A stretch of 32,000 bases of DNA from Desulfatiglandaceae bacterium (GCA_049282265.1 JBAPTR010000162.1:39814-71813), one strand, 5' to 3'. Counted from the stretch's first letter, positions 1 through 9,047 are shown. Notes: a model not told the origin generated them from the sequence alone. A program made the numbers and translations.

Positions 1-246
1 AACTACTCGGAAAAGCAGCGAAAGATTGTAAAATCCATCATCCACAATCTTCGGAAGAGAGAACATGAAGCCGACCAGATGGAAGATGAATTCAAGATCC
101 AGGTTTTTGCCACCGAGAAAGACCCGGTGGGCCTGTTTCATCTCGTCAGGCTGGCTGAAACCATCGGCTCCATAGCCGATCATGCCGAAAATGCCGGCGA
201 TATGATGCGGGCCATGATTGCGAAGAAGAAAGGGATGCCTTCCTAA
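1..246 (+). CDS. 3' end of a DUF47 / PhoU-like (TIGR00153-type) protein, 5'-truncated by the window edge
   Basis: Frame 1 is open from base 1 to TAA at 244-246 (81 codons, ...FHLVRLAETIGSIADHAENAGDMMRAMIAKKKGMPS). The helical C-terminus resembles the DUF47/PhoU-like family as I recall it. It is absent from the ORF track because it has no start in the window. Confidence 0.5.
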   Translation, partial: NYSEKQRKIVKSIIHNLRKREHEADQMEDEFKIQVFATEKDPVGLFHLVRLAETIGSIADHAENAGDMMRAMIAKKKGMPS

Positions 247-276
247 AACCGAGTCCGAAACGCGTTTTTAGGACAA

Positions 277-293
277 TCCCGCCGACGGCGGGA
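277..293. other. GC-rich hairpin between convergent genes (possible bidirectional terminator)
   Basis: TCCCGCC-GAC-GGCGGGA is a perfect 7-bp stem with a 3-nt loop. It lies between the DUF47 stop (246) and the stop of the minus-strand phosphoesterase (359). No clean U-tract follows on either strand. Confidence 0.3.
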
Positions 294-358
294 ATGATGC
301 CTTGATGGTGGATCAGGGCCCCGCGTGGCCCAGGATTCCCGCAAGGCTCCAAATCGGC

Positions 359-1561
359 TTAGATCGCGGCCAGTTTAAGAACCGTGATCTCAGATGGCAC
401 ACCCACGCGGACGGGCGGGCCCCAGTAACCGGTACCTCGGCTCACATAGATCCGTGTCTTTCTGAATTGGTGCAGACCCGCCACGAAAGGCTGAATGAGT
501 CCAATAAAAAAATTCCACGGGAAAAACTGCCCACCATGCGTATGGCCGGAAATCTGAAAGTCAAAACCGGCTCTGGCAGCTCCTGAAATGCTTTTGGGCT
601 GGTGGGCCAGGAGAATTTTCATATCCACCGGCGGCGCCCCCGCTGCAGCCTTCCCTGGATCCGAGCGGTGGCTGGGCATGAAACTGCCTCCGCGGTAATC
701 GGTCACCCCGCCCACAAGAAGGCGCCCACGACCGCGCGAAATAACGCGGTGTTCGTTCAGGAGGACCGTAAAACCTAGTGTCTGTATTTTCTTCACCCAT
801 GGAACGACACCGGAATAATACTCATGGTTGCCGGTGACGAAAAAGTTCCCCAGTTCGGATTTCACATCCGCCAGGGGGGCCACATCACGGGCCAATTGGG
901 GGACTGTTCCGTCCACCAGATCCCCGGTCAGGGCCACGATATCCGCTCCAAGCCCATTAACCACCCGGACGACCTCCTCCACAAAAGGACGGCGGATGGT
1001 GGGACTTACGTGGATATCGGTGATTTGAACGATCTTAAAACCATCGAGATCAGCAGGAAGGTTGGCCACGGGAATGGTAATTCTTTTGACCCCCGGGATC
1101 TTTTTTGCCTGCGCCACGCCGTAGACGGTCAATACGCCTGCGGCGGCCATCATGCCATAATTGGCACCATTGATTAGAAAGCCCCTTCGCAACGGATTTT
1201 CAGGAACAGCCGCAAGACTCTTCTTCGGCCGGCGACCCCTGAAACCGATCCTCACTATTCTGAAAAAAAGGGCAGGTAATATGAAGATGTCCCGGACTAT
1301 CTGGAATGTGAAAATGAAACTCAGAAAACCAAGTCCCAGATATCCCGACCAGACAAGCACATCGATAGCGGCGTTTTCAATTCCGGCCCTTCGAAGCAAG
1401 AGCGTCACGGGGATGGTAAAGAAGATCGCCACAATGCTCGCACCTATGGCAATTTTCCAGCTGCGACAGAGGGCGGTTTTACCGAAAAGCCGGCTAGTGA
1501 GATAGGTGGCTACTCCACCGGCAAACACAAAAAATATGGCAAGAAAAAGAAATGTTTTCAA
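359..1561 (-). CDS. membrane-anchored metallophosphoesterase (calcineurin-like fold)
   Basis: 400-aa ORF. The N-terminal ~130 aa are hydrophobic TM segments. Phosphoesterase motifs follow: DIHVS, GDLVDG, GNHEY and GHTHGGQ. Confidence 0.85.
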   Translation of the reverse strand: MKTFLFLAIFFVFAGGVATYLTSRLFGKTALCRSWKIAIGASIVAIFFTIPVTLLLRRAGIENAAIDVLVWSGYLGLGFLSFIFTFQIVRDIFILPALFFRIVRIGFRGRRPKKSLAAVPENPLRRGFLINGANYGMMAAAGVLTVYGVAQAKKIPGVKRITIPVANLPADLDGFKIVQITDIHVSPTIRRPFVEEVVRVVNGLGADIVALTGDLVDGTVPQLARDVAPLADVKSELGNFFVTGNHEYYSGVVPWVKKIQTLGFTVLLNEHRVISRGRGRLLVGGVTDYRGGSFMPSHRSDPGKAAAGAPPVDMKILLAHQPKSISGAARAGFDFQISGHTHGGQFFPWNFFIGLIQPFVAGLHQFRKTRIYVSRGTGYWGPPVRVGVPSEITVLKLAAI

Positions 1562-1846
1562 TGTCTACGCCAGGTCAGGTGCCTCTCCCATCCCTGGATT
1601 ACGTCTCACAGGGTGCCCGAGAGCAGGGCGATGCTCGCAGCGGTCCCATCCGTTCACAATACCGTCCTTCTAAACACGGAAGCAGGTTGCTCTCTTACCA
1701 CAAATTCTCCAGAATTCAAAGAACTTTGCGCCATATCACTTTTTTTGGACAAGGCCCATTTCTTTCATCAAATTAATATGGTAAGGGAATAGATCCTGGA
1801 AGCCTTGAAAACATATGGGGTGGCGTAGAGAAGATTTGGAGGCTAC

Positions 1847-3058
1847 ATGAAAGAGAAAAAGACCATCGCCGTTGTGGGAACCTTTGATTCCAAGGGTGAC
1901 GAGCACTTGTTTTTAAAGAAACAGATCGAGGCGCGCGGTTGCAGGGCCCTGACCATCAACATAGGGACAGCAAGGCCCTCCCCTTTTCCCCCTGACCATG
2001 ATCTCTTCTCTGATGTCGTTCTCGGGAAGGATCTTGCGAACAAGGGTCGTGATGAGATGATCCAGGCTGTTATTTCGGCGGCCAGGGAACTGATCCGGGA
2101 AATCTATGGACGGGGCGAGATCCACGGGATCATCTCAGCAGGCGGCGGCACGGGCACCCACCTGGGCACGCGCATCATGCAGGCTCTTCCCATGGGCATC
2201 CCCAAGGTGATGGTCTCCACGGTGGCCTCCCGGGACATGTCGAAGACCGTGGGCACCAAAGACATCACCATGATGCACAGCGTAACGGACATCATGGGGA
2301 TCAACAGCCTGACCGGCGCCGTCCTGGACAAGGCCGCGGCCGCGGTCTCCGCCATGGCCGGGAGCAACTGGAAGAGCGGGGAGCCGAAAAAGCGCATTGC
2401 GCTGACCATGTTCGGGTTCATCACCAGGGCCGCCGAGCAAATCAGAGAGCACCTTGAGGCCCTTGGTTATGAGGTCATTCCCTTTCACGCCAACGGCACC
2501 GGGGGAAATGCCATGGAAGAACTGGCCAGGGAAGGCAGCTTTGACGGAATACTGGATCTCGCCACCCACGAACTGGCCGACGAGCTAAAGGGTGGCTACT
2601 GCAAGGGGATCGGGCCGTTGCGCCTCGAGCCTATCAACGGCAGGACCGTCCCCCGGTTGGTGGTGCCGGGCGGCCTCGACTGCGCTGTCCTGGAGTTCAC
2701 CCGGCAAAACGTCCCCCCGGAGTTCAAGGATCGGAAGGTCTTTTTCTATGATTTCCGTTCGGCCATCCGCCTCAACCTGAAAGAAACGTTCAACCTGGCG
2801 GAACAGGTTGCCGGAAAGCTGAACCGGGGCCCCTCCACCGTCAGGTTGCTCATCCCCCTGGGCGGCTGGTCAGAGGCCGATCGAGAGGGGGGGCCGCTTT
2901 ATGACCCTGATATGCGCGATGCCTTCATAGAAAAATTGAAAGAGAATCTGGCCCCCCAAATCCGTGTCCTGGAAGTGGACAGTCACATCAATGATCCGGC
3001 CTTTACCCAACTGGCATCATCGACGATGCATGAGATGCTCAATAAAAAAGATGGCTGA
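1847..3058 (+). CDS. UPF0261 / Tm-1-like ATP-binding domain protein (paralogue 1)
   Basis: 403-aa ORF with GGAGG 6 nt upstream of the ATG. Paralogous over its full length to 11317..12552, sharing blocks such as GGGTGT...G, PKxMVST/AVSS, TMFG/TQFG, PxGGWS. The architecture matches bacterial UPF0261 proteins as I recall the family. Confidence 0.7.
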   Translation: MKEKKTIAVVGTFDSKGDEHLFLKKQIEARGCRALTINIGTARPSPFPPDHDLFSDVVLGKDLANKGRDEMIQAVISAARELIREIYGRGEIHGIISAGGGTGTHLGTRIMQALPMGIPKVMVSTVASRDMSKTVGTKDITMMHSVTDIMGINSLTGAVLDKAAAAVSAMAGSNWKSGEPKKRIALTMFGFITRAAEQIREHLEALGYEVIPFHANGTGGNAMEELAREGSFDGILDLATHELADELKGGYCKGIGPLRLEPINGRTVPRLVVPGGLDCAVLEFTRQNVPPEFKDRKVFFYDFRSAIRLNLKETFNLAEQVAGKLNRGPSTVRLLIPLGGWSEADREGGPLYDPDMRDAFIEKLKENLAPQIRVLEVDSHINDPAFTQLASSTMHEMLNKKDG

Positions 3059-3067
3059 CGGAACGGA

Positions 3068-4012
3068 TTATTTCCAGTGGTCAAAGATCCGGGACATGAT
3101 GTCCCGCAACCCGTCCCCGGGCTTCTCCTGGGCAATCTTCAGGAGGATATCCACGAAGGCCTGGGCCGGCAGACTGAGGTTCTGGTTTTCCAGGTACGCG
3201 ATACTCACATCCAGATAAATGCTCGGCCCTTCCAGGGGCAAGGTTGCCAGCCTCTTTTCCTGGAGTTCAATTGAAACGGCTTCCCGAACAAGGAACGAAA
3301 CGCCCTCCCCCCGGTGGACGAGTTCCTTTATGAATTCGGCGTTGCTCGTCTCCATCAGGATATCGGGGGTACACTGGTTCCCGGCGAAGAGCGCGTTGAC
3401 CTTTTTTCGTGTCCCCGATCCCAACTCCTTCATGATAATGGGCTCCCGTGCCAGGTCATTGACCGAGATCGCATCCCTTGATGCGAGCGGATGGTCAGGT
3501 GCGAGAATCACCACGAGTTCCTCCTGGCTAAAGGGGATAAAGCGCACATCGGGATTCTCTTCGGCCCTGGCGATGACCGCCACCTCGTTTTTCAGATCCA
3601 CCAGGCTGTGGATCATGTCCGCGGAACTGCCCTCATCCAGGTGTATCTTGATCTGGGGATAGGCCTCGTGGAAATTGGTCACCAGAAAGGGCATGAAGTA
3701 ACGCGCATAGGTCTTGGTGGTTCCCAGCCGTAAGACACCCCGCTTCAGCTCCCGCATCTCCTCGATGACATTTTCAAGGTCCTTTTCGCATGCAAAGATC
3801 CTCTTGGCATAATCGAAGAGCGCCCTGCCCTCCTCGGTCAGGTAGATATTTCTTCCCTTCCTCTTAAAAAGCTTCAGGCTGCATTGCTCTTCAAATCGCT
3901 TGATCTGTGCCGTCACGGCCGGCTGGGTAATGTAAAGCCTTTCAGCGGCCGCCGTGCAGCTGAGATGTTTGGCGGTCATATAGAAGACCCTGAGGTGATG
4001 GAGATTGATCAT
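3068..4012 (-). CDS. LysR-family transcriptional regulator
   Basis: The N-terminal HTH (MINLHHLRVFYMTAKHLSCTAAAERLYITQPAVTAQIKRFEE) is followed by a LysR substrate-binding domain. I place the start at the internal ATG (4012), which gives a canonical LTTR N-terminus, not at the TTG at 4045. The gene is divergent from the pps-like operon. Confidence 0.9.
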   Translation of the reverse strand: MINLHHLRVFYMTAKHLSCTAAAERLYITQPAVTAQIKRFEEQCSLKLFKRKGRNIYLTEEGRALFDYAKRIFACEKDLENVIEEMRELKRGVLRLGTTKTYARYFMPFLVTNFHEAYPQIKIHLDEGSSADMIHSLVDLKNEVAVIARAEENPDVRFIPFSQEELVVILAPDHPLASRDAISVNDLAREPIIMKELGSGTRKKVNALFAGNQCTPDILMETSNAEFIKELVHRGEGVSFLVREAVSIELQEKRLATLPLEGPSIYLDVSIAYLENQNLSLPAQAFVDILLKIAQEKPGDGLRDIMSRIFDHWK

Positions 4013-4078
4013 TGGTATTGATGGACCGTTCCTATCCCTAAACAAAATTTATAACGTCACTCTATTCATAAACCAGGG

Positions 4079-4093
4079 TTATGGATACCATAA
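4079..4093. promoter_or_regulatory. candidate LysR box (T-N11-A palindrome)
   Basis: TTATGGATACCATAA has perfect 6-bp inverted arms (TTATGG/CCATAA) around ATA, and contains T-N11-A. It sits in the divergent lysR / pps-like intergenic region, about 12 bp upstream of a -35 element. Confidence 0.4.
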
Positions 4094-4104
4094 TGAAAAT
4101 GAAA

Positions 4105-4133
4105 TTGACAGGTCTTTTTATACCGCTCATAAT
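4105..4133 (+). promoter_or_regulatory. candidate sigma70 promoter of the pps-like operon
   Basis: TTGACA (4105-4110), a 17-nt spacer, then CATAAT (4128-4133). This implies a leader of roughly 150 nt before ATG 4292. Confidence 0.4.
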
Positions 4134-4291
4134 TCATGACATCTGATCTGGCAACCATTTCAGCACCTGTATCCGCGCTTCCTCTCACCTCTCCCGGGCC
4201 GAAACGTGCCAGGACGATTTCAAATGCGATTCCGTTAAGTTAGCCTCACGCATGGCCTTATCAACCACCAACACTACAAGGAGGATTGAAG

Positions 4292-6154
4292 ATGGCAGAG
4301 GAAAAAGCAGGAAGATTTCCGGATCCGCATGAGTACCAAATTCCACCGGAACTTGAAGGCTGGGAGGAGATGTACCCTTCCCATTACCTTTTTTCGGATC
4401 ACAGGAAGGACTGGGAAAAGGCCCAATTCTGGTACCTGGACAAAATCCATGCACCCGAACCCGTACCCCCGCTGGACATGATTTTTCAGGAGGCCTGGCA
4501 GATCTCACTTTCCCAGTACACGACCAGGGTTTTCTGTATCCCCCCGGCCCAGGGCATAGCCCAGCGGATGGTGGGCTGCTACATGTACATCTGTGCCATC
4601 GCCCCGCCACCTGACGAGATTATAGGAGAGAAGGCCCAGCTCTTTGAAAAGCGGGTGTTCTATGTATTCGAGCACTACGATGAGTTGTGGGACAAGTGGC
4701 TGACAAAATTCAAGGCCCTCGGGGAGGAAATGAAAGCGGTGAGGGTCCCTGCCGAACTGCCGAAATACGTACCCGAAGATGAGGTCCTGCCCGCGCCCAA
4801 AGGCTTTTACGATTCCTACAACGTGATGGAGGCCTTCGATATTGTCGCGAACCAGATGATCAAGGGGTGGCAGTATCATTTTGAGATGCTGAATCTCACC
4901 TATCTTGCCTACCTCATGTTCGGGGACGTGACGAGAAAGCTCTTTCCCGGGATCAGTGAGAGCGCCATCGGCAAAATGGTCGCAGGGGCCTACGTCTCCA
5001 TGTTCCGGCCGGAAGAAGAACTCTGCCGCCTTTCGAGGCTGGCCGTCTCTTCAAGGGGTGTGGCGGATATCCTGAAGAGCGATATCTCCGCGGAACAAAA
5101 AATGGCCGAACTCCAAAAAATCCCCGACGGGAAACACTGGCTTGAAGAATATGACAAGGCAAAGGACCCCTGGTTTTATGTCTCCTGCGGCAGCGGCTGG
5201 TACCATCACGAAGGGAGCTGGCTCACCCAGCCCGACATTCCCTTCAGCTACATCAAGAGCTACGTGGAACGTCTGGAAAACGGGGAAACCATTGAACGGT
5301 CCCTGGATGCCATTGACAAAGAGCGCGACGAAACCGTCAATAAATACAGAGAGCTGATCCGATCGGACGAAGACCGGAAATCCTTTGACGACGCCTACAA
5401 TACCATCCGAACCATCTATCGGTATGCCGAGGACCATCTCTTCTGGGTGGAGCACTGGTTTCACACCATCTGGTACGCCAAGATAAGAAAATTCGGAAAC
5501 CTCCTGGTCAAGAACGATATGATTGATCATGTGGATGATATTTTCATGTTCACCCGCTATGAAATCCCCGAAATGCTCACGGAACTCTCCACCGGCTGGG
5601 CCCTTGGCGTTGATATCCCCTTAAGGGGGAGCTTCTACAAGGCCAAGGCCGAAAAAAGGAGAAAGATACTCGAGGCTGCAGGAAAATGGAACCCCACCCC
5701 GGCCCTCGGTGTCCCTCCGGAAGAGGTGGCGGAACCTTTTACCATTATGCTCTGGGGGGTGACAACCGACCGGGTCAAGGAGTGGCTCGAGGGCATGGGT
5801 GAAGTCAAGGCGCTGGGGGATATCTCCGAGATAAAGGGTTTCGCCTCTTCGGCCGGCACCGCGGAAGGTCCTGCAAGGGTGTTGAAGCTCCTCAAGGAGA
5901 TCGTTGATCTCCAGCCGGGAGAGATCATTGTGTGTCCTTCCACCAACCCCTCCTGGGCCCCTGTCTTTACCAAAATCAAGGGGGCGGTAACCGATATCGG
6001 CGGGCTGACCAGCCACGCGGCCATTGTGTGCCGGGAATACGGCGTGCCGTCCGTGACCGGGACCGGTGTGGCGACAGCCTTGATCAAGACCGGGGATATC
6101 ATCCGCGTGGATGGGGACACGGGCAAGGTGACCATCGTCAAAAGAGCGGGATAG
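4292..6154 (+). CDS. phenylphosphate-synthase alpha-like protein (PEP-utilising enzyme, mobile phosphohistidine domain, no PEP/pyruvate TIM domain)
   Basis: AAGGAGG lies 7 nt upstream of ATG 4292; the track's TTG at 4286 is too close to the RBS. The C-terminus carries the swivelling His-domain motif GGLTSHAAIVCREYGVP. The N-terminal ~480 aa (FPDPHEYQIPPELEGWEEMYP...) resemble PpsA-type proteins as I recall them. Confidence 0.8.
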   Translation: MAEEKAGRFPDPHEYQIPPELEGWEEMYPSHYLFSDHRKDWEKAQFWYLDKIHAPEPVPPLDMIFQEAWQISLSQYTTRVFCIPPAQGIAQRMVGCYMYICAIAPPPDEIIGEKAQLFEKRVFYVFEHYDELWDKWLTKFKALGEEMKAVRVPAELPKYVPEDEVLPAPKGFYDSYNVMEAFDIVANQMIKGWQYHFEMLNLTYLAYLMFGDVTRKLFPGISESAIGKMVAGAYVSMFRPEEELCRLSRLAVSSRGVADILKSDISAEQKMAELQKIPDGKHWLEEYDKAKDPWFYVSCGSGWYHHEGSWLTQPDIPFSYIKSYVERLENGETIERSLDAIDKERDETVNKYRELIRSDEDRKSFDDAYNTIRTIYRYAEDHLFWVEHWFHTIWYAKIRKFGNLLVKNDMIDHVDDIFMFTRYEIPEMLTELSTGWALGVDIPLRGSFYKAKAEKRRKILEAAGKWNPTPALGVPPEEVAEPFTIMLWGVTTDRVKEWLEGMGEVKALGDISEIKGFASSAGTAEGPARVLKLLKEIVDLQPGEIIVCPSTNPSWAPVFTKIKGAVTDIGGLTSHAAIVCREYGVPSVTGTGVATALIKTGDIIRVDGDTGKVTIVKRAG

Positions 6155-6181
6155 GTAAACGCCTCCTCTCCGGCGGCCTGC

Positions 6182-6219
6182 GGGGGTGGGTGAGGGATTT
6201 TTCATTCCCCACCCACCCC
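6182..6219 (+). other. strong GC-rich intercistronic hairpin between the alpha- and beta-like genes
   Basis: GGGGTGGGTG(A)GGGA - tttttcat - TCCCCACCCACCCC gives 14 bp with one bulged A and an 8-nt loop. No U-tract follows. Confidence 0.5.
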
Positions 6220-6288
6220 TTGCCGGAACAACCCGACCCCTCCCGGGGAAGGGACCGTCAGGGTGGAAAGGCATTCAAGGAGCAAGGC

Positions 6289-7359
6289 ATGGATTACGTG
6301 CTGAATTTCAAAAACGTGGACAGGACCTCTCTGCCAGTGGTAGGGGGCAAAAATGCCAGCCTGGGAGAAATGATCAAGACCGGTATTCGCGTGCCGCCGG
6401 GATTCGCCGTCACTACGCAGAGCTACCAGAGTTTCATCACCGCGACGGGCATTCAAGAGGAGATCTTTCACCTCCTCTCCGATCTTGATGTGGATGATAT
6501 GGAAGCGCTCAACGCCGCCAGTGCCGGCATTCAAAAGCTGTTCCTGAAAACCCCCATGATAGGAGAAATCGCAGCGGCCATCGCCTCCGAATATAGACGT
6601 CTCTGTGAAACCTCCAGTCTGAAAAATATCCCCGTTGCGGTTCGATCAAGCGCCACGGCTGAAGACCTTCCAACGGCAAGTTTCGCCGGCCAGCAGGATA
6701 CCTATCTCTGGATTCAGGGAGAAGACGCGGTGGTTCAAAACGTCCAGAAATGCTGGGCAAGCCTTTTTACGCCGAGGGCCATCAGCTACAGGGTCAAAAA
6801 TGGCTTTGCCCACGAAAAGGTCCTGATCAGCATTGGCGTACAGAAGATGGTCAACTCCAAGGCCGCAGGAGTCTTGTTTACCCTCAACCCCACAAACGGG
6901 GACCCGTCCAAGGTGGTCATCGAAGGAAGCTGGGGTCTTGGGGAAACAGTGGTGTCCGGTTCCGTGAACCCGGACAAGTTTGTGGTGGACAAGGTGGTCA
7001 TGGAGACGAATGAAAAAACCATCTCCAAAAAGCATATTGAATGCATTTTTGATCCCCGGAAGGGAACAGTGATTGATGCGGATGTGGCTGAAGACAGACA
7101 AAGGGTTTGCTGCCTCCAGGATAGAGAGGTACTGGAACTGGTTCAGATTGCCAAGCGCATTGAAGACCATTATCGCCGCCCCATGGATGTCGAGTGGGCC
7201 ATCGACCAGGACGTGAATTTTCCGGAAAACGTCTTTATTGTCCAGGCGCGTCCGGAGACGGTCTGGAGCCAGCGCAAAAAGGAACCCCTTATCGGGAAGA
7301 AGAGCGGGTTCCAGCTGCTCATGGAACAGGCCATGAAACGGATCAAGATTCCAGGATAG
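6289..7359 (+). CDS. phenylphosphate-synthase beta-like protein (PEP synthase N-terminal ATP-grasp / nucleotide-binding domain)
   Basis: The start is set at ATG 6289, with AAGGAG 6 nt upstream. The protein begins MDYVLNFKNVDRTSLPVVGGKNASLGEMIKTGIRVPPGFAVT, the classic PEP-synthase/PPDK N-terminal motif. The track's upstream extension (5932-6288) overlaps the previous gene and is Arg/Gly-rich junk. Confidence 0.8.
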   Translation: MDYVLNFKNVDRTSLPVVGGKNASLGEMIKTGIRVPPGFAVTTQSYQSFITATGIQEEIFHLLSDLDVDDMEALNAASAGIQKLFLKTPMIGEIAAAIASEYRRLCETSSLKNIPVAVRSSATAEDLPTASFAGQQDTYLWIQGEDAVVQNVQKCWASLFTPRAISYRVKNGFAHEKVLISIGVQKMVNSKAAGVLFTLNPTNGDPSKVVIEGSWGLGETVVSGSVNPDKFVVDKVVMETNEKTISKKHIECIFDPRKGTVIDADVAEDRQRVCCLQDREVLELVQIAKRIEDHYRRPMDVEWAIDQDVNFPENVFIVQARPETVWSQRKKEPLIGKKSGFQLLMEQAMKRIKIPG

Positions 7360-7497
7360 GCCTGGGATTTCCCAAAGGGCCGTCGCCTCGGGCTCATGGA
7401 GTCCCGGGCAGCAGGATGAAGGTCCCCATTTCCCCGCCATTTCCATGAAATCAGGGGAGAGACTACATCAAAACCAGAATGAGGAGGCTGTATTCTT

Positions 7498-8901
7498 ATG
7501 AAAAGCATGAGAGATTTCATCGCCCAGGCAGAGGCGGAAGGAATGTTGAAGCGGATCAAGGCGGAAGTGGACTGGAACCTGGAACTGTCCCACATTGCCA
7601 AGCTGAACGAAGAAAAGAAGGGACCCGCGCTCCTGTTTGAAAATGTGAAGCATTACAAGTCGCCCGTGATTACCAGCGTCTGTACCACCACGGAGAGGCT
7701 GGCCCTGATCATGGGGGAGCCCAGGGATTCGACACTTGTGGACCTGATGAGGGTATGGGTGGAAAAGCACGACAACGCGATTCCCCCCAGATATGTTGAT
7801 GAGGCCCCCTGCAAGGAAAATATCATGACGGGAGATGATATTGATCTCTTCAAATTCCCGGCACCCAAATTCTATCCCCTGGACGGGGGTCGGTTTTTTG
7901 GCACGGCCCACTTTGTTGTGACCAAGGACCCGGAGTCGGGATGGGTCAATGTAGGAACCTACCGGCTGCAGTTGCTGGACAAAAACCACCTGGGCACCCA
8001 GTTCATCAGGGGCAAGCATTCCGACATCATGCTCAAAAAATACCAGGCCATGGGCAAGCCCATGCCGGTGTGTGTGGTGGTGGGATGCGATCCCCTGCTC
8101 TTCCTCATGGGGGCGGCACGCCTCTCGGCATTCGAGTCCGAATATGATTTCGCCGGCTCCATCCGTGGCGAACCCATAGAGGTGGTCAAAGCCGAGACCA
8201 ATGACCTTCCTGTGCCGGCCACCGCCGAGATCGTCGTGGAAGGAGAAGTGGATGCGGACAAGTTCATGGAAGAGGGTCCTTTTGGTGAATACACAGGATA
8301 TTATTCCGGCGTCGGCACGGACCCGAGAAATTTTATCGATGTCAAGTGCGTGACCTACAGGAACAACCCCATATTCTGGGGCACTACCGTGGGCAGAGCG
8401 GTTACGGATACCCACATGACCATGGCCCTTACTTATGGCGCTACCCTGTGGCAGCAGCTTGTGACCATGAAGATTCCGGGGATCAAGGCCGTCTACTGTC
8501 CACCCGAAGGATCCGGAAGGTTTCTGGCCATCATCTCCGTGAAGCAGATGTATCCCGGGCATGCCGACCAGGTCCTCACTGCGGCCATTTCAACGGAAAT
8601 GGGTGCCTATGGGCTCAAGACCGTCATCGTGGTGGATGAAGACATCGACCCCTGGGACATCCCGCGGGTCATGTACGCCCTCAGTTTCCGGTTTCAGCCC
8701 AACCGGTCACAGGTCATCAAGCGGGGGAGATCCACGCCGCTGGATCCATCCCTGCCCCTTGATTCCAGGCACATAACAGGGAGACTCCTCCTGGATGCCA
8801 CGATTCCCTATGACTGGAAGGAAAAGCCCATCCCCATCGTGCTGGATCCGGACCTTGTCAAGAAGATCCAGGGGCGGTGGTCGGAACTGGGGCTTGATTA
8901 G
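7498..8901 (+). CDS. UbiD-family prFMN-dependent (de)carboxylase, phenylphosphate-carboxylase-subunit-like
   Basis: 467 aa with GAGGAGG 10 nt upstream. UbiD hallmarks include ...GTYRLQ..., MPVCVVVGCDP and EEGPFGEYTGYY. Confidence 0.9.
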   Translation: MKSMRDFIAQAEAEGMLKRIKAEVDWNLELSHIAKLNEEKKGPALLFENVKHYKSPVITSVCTTTERLALIMGEPRDSTLVDLMRVWVEKHDNAIPPRYVDEAPCKENIMTGDDIDLFKFPAPKFYPLDGGRFFGTAHFVVTKDPESGWVNVGTYRLQLLDKNHLGTQFIRGKHSDIMLKKYQAMGKPMPVCVVVGCDPLLFLMGAARLSAFESEYDFAGSIRGEPIEVVKAETNDLPVPATAEIVVEGEVDADKFMEEGPFGEYTGYYSGVGTDPRNFIDVKCVTYRNNPIFWGTTVGRAVTDTHMTMALTYGATLWQQLVTMKIPGIKAVYCPPEGSGRFLAIISVKQMYPGHADQVLTAAISTEMGAYGLKTVIVVDEDIDPWDIPRVMYALSFRFQPNRSQVIKRGRSTPLDPSLPLDSRHITGRLLLDATIPYDWKEKPIPIVLDPDLVKKIQGRWSELGLD

Positions 8902-9047
8902 GATCGAATAGTATCAGCGAATAACCAAATTCATTCACAACGTGGACGTTGCTCCTACAGCTCATTTCATGATCAATCTCCGTAGGAGCGACCTCATGGT
9001 CGCGAACATGGGTTTAGACACGTTCAACACTTGCAGGAGAATAAATC

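Noticed and set aside
4149-4165. Sigma54-like element TGGCAACCATTTCAGCA upstream of the pps-like operon
   Set aside because: The GG-to-GC spacing is one nucleotide longer than the canonical GG-N10-GC. The -12 region is CAGCA rather than TTGCA. No sigma54 enhancer-binding activator is encoded nearby, since the local regulators are LysR and a receiver-only protein.
6182-6260. G-quadruplex potential of the G-run/C-run-rich spacer
   Set aside because: The + strand has only three closely spaced G3+ runs, and the same bases are fully accounted for by a much more stable Watson-Crick hairpin. A quadruplex is not supported without experimental data.
5932-6288. 119-codon upstream extension of the beta-like synthase ORF (track start 5932)
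   Set aside because: It overlaps the last 220 nt of the alpha-like gene in another frame, is Arg/Gly-rich, and precedes a strong AAGGAG-ATG at 6289 that yields the canonical PEP-synthase N-terminus.
5621-7446. Minus-strand ORFs 5621..6274 (217 aa), 5635..6141 (168 aa) and 6646..7446 (266 aa)
   Set aside because: They are antisense to the alpha- and beta-like synthase genes. Their composition is Arg/Gly/Pro-biased and they have no motifs or RBS, so I treat them as shadow ORFs.
7468-8562. 364-aa ORF on the minus strand, the longest unexplained ORF in the track
   Set aside because: It lies entirely antisense to the well-supported UbiD-family gene. It is Gly/Arg/His/Pro-rich low-complexity sequence with no RBS and no recognisable motif. 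This is the typical shadow ORF of a G+C-rich coding region.
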